DNA from: Octopus vulgaris
Taxonomy: Eukaryota
Length of the DNA stretch: 64,000 nucleotides
Assembly: GCA_951406725.2 (NCBI GenBank)
Contig: OX597817.1
Span: 171,306,001-171,370,000 of the forward strand
Direction: 5' to 3'
A program made the translations under genes and the position numbers. Below the pieces are notes generated by a model. That model had not been told where the DNA came from and ran no database searches. It was given only the letters and a program-made list of their open reading frames with translations. Of this stretch, positions 54,105 to 64,000 are shown piece after piece; position 1 is the first letter of the stretch, and each line of letters starts with the position of its first letter.

Positions 54105-54190
54105 CAGTAAGCCCTCGACTATCGCGGGTGCTAAGTTTCCCCCCCCCCCCACACCGCGATAGGTGAAAATCCGCGAAGTAGAAACAGTAC
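54105..54190 (+). mobile_element. Tigger/pogo-like terminal fragment
   Basis: TA-cagtaagccctcgactatcgcgggtg...ccgcgataggtgaaaatccgcgaa resembles Tigger-family termini. Confidence 0.55.
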
Positions 54191-54191
54191 T

Positions 54192-54407
54192 GTACTCTTT
54201 ACTCTCTTTTACTTGTTTCAGTCATTTGACTGCGGCCATGCTGGAGCACCGCCTTTAATCGAGCAACTCGACCCCGGGACTTATTCTTTTTGTAAGCCCA
54301 GTACTTATTCTATCTGCCTCTTTTTGCCGAACTGCTAAGTGACGGGGACGTAAACACACCAGCATCGGTTATCAAGCAATGCTAGGGGAACAAACACAGA
54401 CACACAA

Positions 54408-54438
<31 letters not shown>

Positions 54439-54603
54439 CATATATACGACAGGCTTCTTTCAGTTTCTGTCTACCAAATCCACTCACAAGGCATTGGTCA
54501 GCCTGGGGCTATAGCAGAAGACACTTGCCCAAGATGCCACGCAGTGGGACTGAACCTGGAACCATGTGGTTGGTAAGCAAGCTACTTACCACACAGCCAC
54601 TCC
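54192..54603 (-). mobile_element. CORE-like tRNA SINE
   Basis: Reverse complement of the major family. Confidence 0.9.
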
Positions 54604-54809
54604 TTTGTATATATTTATTTTATTATAAAGGCAAAACAACACCACGGAGGTATCGAGGTAAGCTTAAATAATAAATTGTGATATGCCGAGGGACACACAC
54701 TGAGGGCGAAAACGCTTTGCAACAAATTTCTATAAAACCCTTCTCCATTTTAACAACACAAAAAATTCAACCACAACAGAAATGTCGGATGATTGTTACC
54801 TCTGTTACT

Positions 54810-56240
54810 TTCCTTTCATCTCCGTCACTATCGGCAACCTCCATCAGCTAATCTCCGTCCACTACATGCTACCCACATCTCCACTAATCCGAGTCTCACC
54901 TCAGATAATCCTAAATCTGCTACCCCATTTTCTCAATTCCTTCGATATTGTTGACTATGCAGCATTTATTCGAAGCTCAAATGCAAATCTGAAGAAGTGG
55001 AGGACACATTCTTTAATCGCGACTACCCAAAGCCAGCCGTAGATTCTGCACTTCACCGGGTCAAAACCATCGGCCATACCATCACTCTCCTGTCTTCTAC
55101 ATGCACACAAAATAACTATTTCTTTACTACCCACAAGGGGCTAAACACAGAGGGGACAAACACGGACAGACAAACGGATTTAGTCGATTACATCGACCTC
55201 AGTGCGTAATTGGTACTTATTTAATCGACCCCGAAAGGATGAAAGGCAAAGTCGACCTTGGCGGAATTTGAACTCAGAACGTAACGGCAGACGAAATACG
55301 GCTACGCATTTCGCCCACCGTGCTAATGATTCTGTCAGCTCTCCGCACAAAATATCAGGGTTCCACAGCCATTTATCTTTCAGCCTCACACTGTAAAAGC
55401 ACGCTTCTTCGCAACTTCAACGTTCTACTCTTTGATCCTAGAACTATTTTCATCTCTCCTACACCACTATCCCTCACCCCTCTCTCTAAAAACAAAAAGC
55501 AAAACGAAAATTCTCTGCACCTTATTTGCCAGAAGTTCCCAAGGACACATTAGTATCCAACCAGGTACTTTGAAGTGCCTCTCCGAATATGTAACACCTA
55601 ATTCTACATCAAGTTACTGGACTGTCTCAGTGCGCAGTGCTCCTAGTTCGATGTTTCATGGTGTCATCTTACGTAGGAATTCAGACCTAGAAGACATTTG
55701 CAGATCCAGTCGTAGACGTTGCAGTAGTGACCTCCATCATTAGCGGGTAAATTGGACCCGACTCTACGCTGGGCTCTTTTCTCCTTCAGGGTATTGATCC
55801 AGGTTGCTTCAAAGTTGGAGATGGCTAAGTATTAAGAGTTTCTCCTCTGAGCCCTAGTCTGTGCTATTGATACCCGTGTCTTCGGGTATCAACAGCACTT
55901 GCAGGAATTCAAGCTTTTAAGTGTCCTTATAATGGAGCAGCGGGCGGCCTTGGTGCCCGGCATCAGAGCTAAACTGGCTATAGAAGAGGATTTTAGGTAA
56001 ATGAATGTCTTCCTTGCGTACCACATGGCCAACACACTTCAGTATCCCAACACACTAGTATCCGACTAGGTACTTTCGAGTGCCTCGCCAAAGATGTAAC
56101 ACTTGACTCTACATCAATAACGTCACAACTATCACCGGATCCCAAACCCCAGTACCCAATACCAAATCACACACAAAACCCTCAACAGCAGGTCTACCAA
56201 CATTATATACTGCATCAAATGCAAACACTGCAGGACCAAA
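54810..56240 (+). mobile_element. Decayed Penelope-like element (RT thumb to start of GIY-YIG), interrupted by a Meta-SINE (~55116-55343) and an RTE fragment
   Basis: KSATPFSQFLR..LCS, FFNRDYPKPAVDSAL, STLLRNFNVL.FDPRT, GTF.C...CNT and TNIIYCIKCKHC appear in the expected Penelope order. Confidence 0.75.
55780..56032 (-). mobile_element. RTE-type LINE fragment
   Basis: Minus: GHVVRKEDIHLPKILFYSQF...GRPLLHYKDT, matching the RTE C-terminal GHVxRM...LPK.LFYGEL...GRP..RYKD pattern. Confidence 0.7.
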
Positions 56241-56857
56241 TGTTGGTGAAACAAAAGGCGCAAGGAGACCACATACCAGACGATTTTAGAATAATCTTAC
56301 ATTTTTGTTTTGCATATAAAATCGAAATACAAGACAAGGTTTTAAAGGAAATACATAATGGCTGTTTAGTATTTAAAATTAAAGCAATACAAAAAAATAA
56401 ACACAACTATTTGATTTATTAACCAAATGATTAATCAAACAGTCGGTTAGTTAGTTGATTAAATAGCTAACCAACTGACGAATAATAAAGAAGTGAAATC
56501 GAGCCCGTGCGTGTTTTAATGGCACAATAACCCTCCAAAGATACAACAAAAGAAAGTTTTACTGTGAGCTCATGAATCTATTTAGGTTTTTAAAATAATT
56601 TTCTTAATTATTCTACTTTTTAAGTGTAAACTGGGAAAAATATGAAAAGTGTATGAACTAAAGAATTTTATTTATTATTATTTTTTTTCATCTAGCTTTT
56701 ATTTAGGCATTCTTTATTATAATCTACCTGGGTAGCCAACTGTCTTTCAATGAAGAACAAATCACCAACGAAAGTACGATTTATATGCCTCAGCCTCTTA
56801 ACCCTTCGCCTATCACAAGTGATACACAGAACATATTTTTCTGGTGCCCATGCATCA

Positions 56858-57373
56858 TCTATATATATAAAACTGTAGTTGTGTGAGTGTCTGTCCCCTT
56901 CGATTTAGATTCCTAACTACTCCCACATTTTGCGGTGCAGTTTAACCAAATTCGGGTATCTTATAGTCGTGATTCATATCGAGCCCGTCTGACTATTAGC
57001 GCGCGTCTACAATGAGTCTACGATTTTAAAAATAATTTAACATCATTTTTTATTCCATTTTAATGCATAATTTTTCGTGTGTCGATGGCGGCGGAGTTGG
57101 CGTCCACGCTCAAACACCTGCACCTGTGTTTGCTTCTCCCCTTCTTCCCTCCCTCGTGAAGCTGTGGGGAAGGGAGTGTAAGGAAATCAACGTCGTAAAG
57201 CGTTGTCAAGGAGACCAGCGTTCTTTTAGAACAACGACTTCATGGCTTGAAGACACCAAAACAGAAATGGCTAAGAAAGCCCAAATTGGCATCTATAAGG
57301 GAAGTAACTCTCTAAAAATGCTTATATAGTTATTTCCCTTACAAACCCGAACAACGCCGGGCGATACTGCTAG
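56858..57373 (+). mobile_element. Non-autonomous Helitron (second copy)
   Basis: A|TCTATATATAT ... cccgaacaacgccggg cgatactg CTAG|T; near-identical to 7144-7653. Confidence 0.88.
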
Positions 57374-57755
57374 TATATGATACAAATTCTCAATTTTTTT
57401 CCAACCATCAGAGTAACTCGGTACTTATGAAAGGAAAACTTTATATTACTCAGAACATATGACTAAGTCAATCATTGCTCATTGTTGAATGAAAGTATGA
57501 TTTATGTGCCTAATCTACATAACCCCTTGCCTGTCCTTGGTCTCCATGTATAACATGATACACATACCCATTTTTTTTTTTTTTTTTGCAACCGCCAGAG
57601 TAATTTGAAACTTATGAATACCAAGAACGTATGAAACAAGGTCTCTGAAAGTCTGAAAACAAGTATGGAGTTTGAGAACAAACTTATGAAAGGACTATCT
57701 TATATTTTAAACTTAAACTGATAAAAAAAAATCGTGAAAAATGTATGAACTACAT

Positions 57756-57907
57756 AGGCGTAGGAGTGGCTGTGTGGTAAGTAGCTTGCTTACCGACCGG
57801 TTCAGTCCCACTGCGTGGCACCTTGGGCAAGTGTCATCTACTATAGCTTCGGGCCGACCAAAGCCTTGTGAGTGGATTTGGTAAACGGAAACTGAAAGAA
57901 GCCCGTC

Positions 57908-57951
<44 letters not shown>

Positions 57952-58173
57952 AGTGTGTGTGTGTGTGAATGTTTGTGTGTCTGTGTTTGTCCCCCTAGCA
58001 TTGCTTGACAACCGATGCTGGTGTGTTTACATCCCCGTAACTTAGCGGTTCGGCAAAAGAGACCGATAGAATAAGTATTAAGCTTACAAAGAATAAGTCC
58101 TGGGGTCGATATGCTCGACTAAAGGCGGTGCTCCAGCATGGCCACAGTCAAATGACTGAAACAAGTAAAAGAG
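57756..58173 (+). mobile_element. CORE-like tRNA SINE (further copies ~59006-59373, 61765-62175, 62787-63160)
   Basis: Family head, core and tail motifs. Confidence 0.9.
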
Positions 58174-58365
58174 TACAGTAACTTCTTTTCATTTAGGTTT
58201 CATTCTTGCATTTTTTCTTTTAATTATAACAATCTGTCTCAGCAGTCTCGGTAAAGAACAAAGTTAAGCCAAGAAGTTAATCATCATTCTTTGAACAAAG
58301 GTAAGATCTATGTACCTCATTCGCTTAAAGCAACTAGCTGCGGATCAATATTGGACCGTGGGTAA

Positions 58366-58578
58366 GGCGGCGAGCTAGCAGAAACGCTAGCACGTCGGGC
58401 GAAATACTTAGCAGTATTTCGTCTGTCTTTACGTTCTGGGTTCAAATTCTGTCGAGGCTGACTTTGCCTTCCATCCTTTCGGGGGTCGATAAATTAAGTA
58501 CCAGTTGCGTACTAGGGTCGATCTAATCGACTGGCCAACTCCCCCAAAATTTCGGGCCTTGTGCCTAGAGTAGAAAAG
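58366..58578 (+). mobile_element. Full-length Meta-type SINE with 19-bp TSD
   Basis: aatattggaccgtgggtaa is duplicated at 58347-58365 and 58579-58597; alternative tail (ccccaaaatttcgggccttgtgcc). Confidence 0.92.
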
Positions 58579-59512
58579 AATATTGGACCGTGGGTAATTC
58601 GATAACGAGCTGTATAGAAAAGAATAAATTTTCTTAATTTTATTTCTATTTTATTGATTGTTGCAGAGTAAATTTACATAATATAGGTATGCTATAAGTA
58701 ATAATTCAATTATATACTAAGCATTTTATTGTTTTTTTTATGCACATGATTCCCCAAGTCCGTGGGAAAATTGTCTTGCATGAATCCAGTTCATGGTGCA
58801 AAAACGGTTGGGGATATTGACTTAAAGGGTCGTTCTGCAACTGCTGAGCTGGTTAAAGGTTAAAAAAAAAAAGTAATACCCAACGCTAGGGTAGGCCTAG
58901 GGCTCATCAGTCCAGAAGTTTCCCTATATTTGTTTTTTTTTTTAACCAGGTCCATCCTCCAACGCCGGCTTGTCAAGCCTGTTGCGACTTCACCATATTA
59001 TTTCTACCAACCACATGGTTCCGGGTTCAGTCCCACTGCGAGGCACCTTGGGCAAGTATCTTCTACTATAGCCTCGGGCCGACCAAAGCCTTGTGAGTGG
59101 ATTTGGTAGACGGAAACTGAAAGAAGCGCGTCGCATATATGTATATGTATATATGTGTGTGTGTCTGTGTTTGTCTCCCCCCACCCCAACATCGCTTGAC
59201 AACCGATGCTGGTGTTCTACGTCCCCGTAACTAAGCGGTTCGGCAAAAGAAACCGATAGAATAAGTACTGGGCTTACAAAGAATAAGTCCCGGGGTCGAT
59301 ATGCTCGACTAAAGGCGGTGTTCCAGCATGGCCGCAGTCAAATGACTGAAACAAGTAAAAGAATAAAAAGAGAGTAGACTAGAACAGCGTGAAATGGAGT
59401 ATTTTTCTCAAGAACACAACGTATCACCCGGTCCAGGAACCGAAACCACAACCTTACGATCATGAGTTCAACACCCCAACCACTAAGTCATGCGCCCCCA
59501 CTGGTTACTGGT

Positions 59513-59896
59513 GGAAGCACTCCGTCGGTTACGACGATGAAGGTTCCGGTTGATCCGAATCAACGGAACAGCCTGCTCGTGAAATTAACGTGTAAGTGGC
59601 TGAGCACTCCACAGACACGTGTACCCTTAACGTAGTTCTCGGGGATATTCAGCGTGACACAGAGAGTGACAAGGCCGGCCCCTTTGAAATACAGGTACAA
59701 CAGAAACAGGAAGTAAGAGTGAGAGACAGTTGTGGTGAAAGAGTACAGCAGGGGTCACCACCATCCCCTGCCGGAGCCTCGTGGAGCTTTTAGGCGTTTT
59801 CGCTCAATAAACACTCACAACGCCCGGTCTGGGAATCGAAACCGCGATCCTATGACCGCGAGTCCGCTGCCCTAACCACTGGGCCATTGCGCCTCC
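59513..59896 (-). mobile_element. Young tRNA(Arg-like) SINE with 13-bp TSD
   Basis: actggttactggt is duplicated at 59500-59512 and 59897-59909; inserted directly upstream of an older SINE head (~59380-59499). Confidence 0.9.
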
Positions 59897-60018
59897 ACTG
59901 GTTACTGGTAAGATTAGAAGAAAATGTCCGCGCATGGACAGGTTAGAGTGAGAACACATGTCATTAGCAATCATGAATTGAAACTGTTGACAGTCTGTAA
60001 GTTGCTTTACACTTGAAT

Positions 60019-60125
60019 TTAACACACAGCTAGCGAAAAATTATTTCCTTTGAATATCTCTTTCAATGAAAGAAACTCTTGTACGATTTCAGTTTGATCC
60101 TGAATGACGTCTGAGTATGTGTCTG
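60019..60125 (-). CDS. Candidate terminal coding exon of an unknown small protein
   Basis: taatttctAG acceptor; open in phase 1: (A)DTYSDVIQDQTEIVQEFLSLKEIFKGNNFSLAVC-stop. Phase-compatible with 60584-60730; weak pyrimidine tract. Confidence 0.3.
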
Positions 60126-60583
60126 CTAGAAATTAATTATTTTGTTTATATTATATTTCTTTTTCTGTTTTTCTTTTCTTTATTTTTCAAAAATGCTTTC
60201 GATCTTAATACATTATATTTGGAAATTACACATATTTTTTTTATCTATTTATCTACTTACATTATATTTTTTGAATAAATTGCTCGAATCTCTTTTTCTA
60301 GCTCTATTTATAGCTTTGTCTAAAGTCAGTGGGTAAAACTTAACAGTAAAACTATCAAATATTCATTTCGAATTTTGGCACAAAGCCAGCAGTTCCGGGA
60401 AGCAGTTAAGTCAATTACATCGACCTCAGTGCTCGACTGGGATTTATTTTATCGACTCCGAAAGGATGGAAGGCAAAGTCAAAACCGGTGGCATTTGAAC
60501 TCAGAACGTAAACACGGACGAAATGCCGCGAAGCAATGTACCCGGCGTGCTAAACGGTTCTGCCAGCTCGCTGCCTTCGTTAC

Positions 60584-60730
60584 CTATCAAATCTTCGCAC
60601 CCTGTAATTTCACGGAACCAGTTCTCTTCAAGACGAATCAAGGAAGAAAAAGACCGCATAACATCCCAACGGTTGCCGCACGAATTCCTCTTAGAAATTC
60701 CAGACGAACCACCTGCACCCGAATATATCG
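60584..60730 (-). CDS. Candidate 147-nt internal coding exon, prohormone-like
   Basis: ttattgtttacAG acceptor, AG|GTAACG donor, phase 1-1, open: IYSGAGGSSGISKRNSCGNRWDVMRSFSSLIRLEENWFREITGCEDLI. A plus-strand frame is also open, so the strand is uncertain. Confidence 0.35.
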
Positions 60731-61081
60731 CTGTAAACAATAATTCGTTACACAAATGGGTTATGCCGCCCAAAGTATGGTCGTAACATGAAACATGATT
60801 AAATGTCTTCTCCCGTTCGTCATGTCCTGTATAATTCAGGCCGAAACCGAAGTAGTTTTTGTCTTTTATACTCATTGTGTTGCTAGTATTTTGTGGTTCT
60901 CTATCATCATCATCGTCATCGTCATTATCATCACATTTTCGAGCCAACACTTCGTTGATTCGTTCTCAGTGTGCAATGAAATTCACACATTTCGCATATT
61001 TTATTCATATCTATTTTAAAAAGCTGAATCATGTGGAGCATTAGCAGATCTAGAACACATTTCAGAGTGTGTGTATGTATG

Positions 61082-61133
<52 letters not shown>

Positions 61134-61145
61134 GTGTGTGTGTGT

Positions 61146-61231
<86 letters not shown>

Positions 61232-62632
61232 CATATATGCATACGTATATATACATAATGTACACACACGTGTGTGTGTATGTGGATACATTGAAAGCCT
61301 TGTCTAGTAATAAAACTCCAGGCTACAAGAACAACTAAGAATTCTGAGGATTCATTTGACTTTAGCGGGCTGTTTAGGAATACAGTTTAAAGTTTTGTAT
61401 TTTTATCTCAGCGTCCAGGATTCTTTGCCGAACTGTTACTGCTGATAAATCCGGTAAGACAGTCTCTCCTGCAAACTTTCTCGGCGCTTGTCTGACACAA
61501 CACAGTTTCTTTTAGAGTCTGTGCGAAAGATCTGGTAAGATTGCATTGTTTTATTATAGTACGGGAAAATGAAGTAAACCACCAGAAAATAAAGAAAAAA
61601 TTTTTAATTAAGAGCGGTAATATTTATCCTCACTTAAACGTGGTTCTGTTAGAACAAACTATACTGCGGTAGATACCATGAGAGAACCTCTCATATTGGC
61701 TTTTGGGGCAATATGCACACTTGTTGATATAATTTTGTTTTTAATAAAGAAAGCGCAGAGGCACAAGTATGGTTATGTGGTCAAGAGGGTCACTCCGGAA
61801 CCACATGGTTTCCGGGTTCGATCCCACCACACGACACCTTAGGCTAGTGCTTCGGGCCTACGAATGCTTTGTGAGTGAATCTGGTAAACAGAAGTTGCAG
61901 AGAAGCCCGTCGAATGTGTGTGTGTGCGCGCGCGCGCATTTGTGTGTGTGTGTGTCTTTCTTCGTGTCTGCGTTTGCCCTCACCATCGCATGACGACCGG
62001 TGCTGGTTTGTTTATGTCCCCGTAACTTAGCGGTTCGGCAAAAAGAGACCGATAGAATAAGTCTCACTCATTAGAAAACAAAAGAAACAGTGGGGTCGAC
62101 TTGTTCGACTTAAAACCATGAAGACAGTATCCCAGCATGGCCGCAGTCCAACGACTGAAACAAGAAAAAGATAAAAGCACAAACGCGTTCGCAAGTTCCA
62201 AAAACAAAACAAAAAACATTTTAAATAAAAAAAACAAACACTTGTTTGAGTTCTGCAGGATAATTGATCAATTAAACCCGAATTTGAATTATGTGTACAA
62301 CAATCTATAAATGAATGCATTCGAAATAACTTCCCTAATCCTTGGTTGGAGGTTAAATATTTCTTCCTAAACTCTCCTAAACCCCCATGTTATAATGAAC
62401 AGACGTCCCCACGTTATACACGAATACTGAAACTCCCCCCCTCATCCACAGTCTGGATCCTTTTTATGTCCACCTTCTTCTGTATGGAAATGCTCTGACA
62501 TCAAGTCACCATTAACTCTTATTTTCTTCCCAGCCTCTCCCACCCAGTCTGAGATAATGTGGGGCAGCTTTCAATCTCATCAACCGCATATCTGCGCTCG
62601 TCGCTCTACCATACTTTAGCCCTTCAATAACT

Positions 62633-62685
<53 letters not shown>

Positions 62686-62737
62686 GCATATACATATATA
62701 CATAGGCATACACACACACACATATATTTATATATAT

Positions 62738-62788
<51 letters not shown>

Positions 62789-63479
62789 TGTAGGAGAACT
62801 GTGTGGTAAGTAGCTTGCTTACCAACCACATGGTTCCGGGTTCAGTCCCACTGCGTGGCACCTTGGGCAAATGTCTTCTACTATAGCCTCGGGCCGACCA
62901 AAGCCTTGTGAGTGGATTTGGTAGACGGAAACTGAAAGAAGCCCGTCGTATATATGTATATATATTATGTGCGTGTGTGTTTGTGTGTCTGTGTTTGTCC
63001 CACAACCGATGCTGGTGTGTTTACATCCCCGTCACTTAACGGTTCGGCAAAAGAGACCGATAGAATAAGTACTGGGCTTACAAAGAATAAGTCGATTTGC
63101 TCGATTAAAGGTGGTGCTCCAGCATGGTCGCAGTCAAATGACTGAAACAAGTAAAAGAGTATATATACATATACACATATACATATACATATATACACAC
63201 ATACATATATGTATACACATACACACACACACATATATTATTTTATTTGCTTCAGTTATTTGAGTGCGGCCATGCTGTAGCAACGTCTTATATGTACACA
63301 CACACACATGTATATCTATATACGATAAGTATCATAGTTTTTGTCCACTAAATCCATTCAGAAGGCTTTTTCCGTCGTCTCGGGGCTATAGTAAAAAAAA
63401 CACACTTGCCCAAGGCACCACAGAGTAGAACTGAACCCGAAAGCATGTGTTTCAGAAACAAACTTCTCAACTAAACATC

Positions 63480-63830
63480 CACGCCTTTACTGCGAACTAC
63501 TCAGCCACTTTGATTTCAGCTTCAGATTCTTCTTCTTTGTCATCGTGGCAATATGTTGTGCTTCAATCATTCACTAATAAATGCTGCTTCAGTAATGCGA
63601 TTGTTTTTGTAAAACGTAAATTGATAAATCCCTCCACAAACGATTTTTTTTTTCATTTCTACTTGACGATCCCGCATTTTGATTTGCGTGATAACCACAA
63701 GATACCAATGCGTTTGTCCCAAATACAGAACAGTATCTTTAATGTGGGGCAGAATCATGCGATTTTTCTCCAATTCTTTTCTGTTTGCTGTTACGAGGCG
63801 AAACCTAATTCTTCTGTCATTAAACAAATG
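63480..63830 (-). pseudogene. Decayed hAT-family transposase fragment (DUF4371/ZMYM-like region)
   Basis: KELEKNRMILPHIKDTVLYLGQ resembles the ..EKNR..L..IIDTV.FLGRQG.. segment of hAT transposases; frameshifted downstream. Confidence 0.5.
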
Positions 63831-64000
63831 AAATTTGCTGTGGAAATTTATTTTTTGTGGGTTTCACTATTTTTTTTCCCTCTGCTTTAACAATTTTGTA
63901 TGTACCTAATTTGAGCTACATTTTTATCCAACCGATTTGATGAAAATAACAAACAAAGCAAAGCTTACTGCTTGAGCCTTGATATGCAAACCAGCGACTG

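Noticed and set aside
60931-61307. YI/VC/HT-repeat ORFs here and throughout the window
   Set aside because: Translations of (TA)n, (GT)n and (CA)n microsatellites.

Overview
Eukaryotic, AT-rich, non-coding-dominated DNA that is almost entirely transposable-element debris and microsatellites. The SINE families (tRNA-derived heads with CORE-like, Meta-like and RTE-tail bodies) resemble those I know from octopus genomes, so a cephalopod (Octopus) origin is likely but unverified. Nearly all ORFs in the track are artefacts of SINEs and microsatellites. Recognisable protein homology is limited to decayed TE fragments: mariner, hAT, RTE, CR1/L2 and Penelope. Also present are two non-autonomous Helitron copies and Merlin-, piggyBac-, hAT- and mariner-type MITEs. 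The most unusual structures are: (1) a 4.1-kb array of 22 x 184-bp units made from one SINE, with every junction at the SINE's anticodon-like hairpin, plus an independent TSD-flanked insertion of the same unit into the same site of an older SINE; (2) four separate minimal type-I hammerhead-ribozyme-like motifs; (3) a spot in a SINE tail hit by three unrelated TE classes; (4) several palindromic elements; (5) a change in CpG content near 53 kb, next to a candidate first exon; (6) candidate exons of a small, possibly prohormone-like gene near 60 kb. No host gene can be named with confidence. Coordinates were counted by eye and may be off by a few bases.
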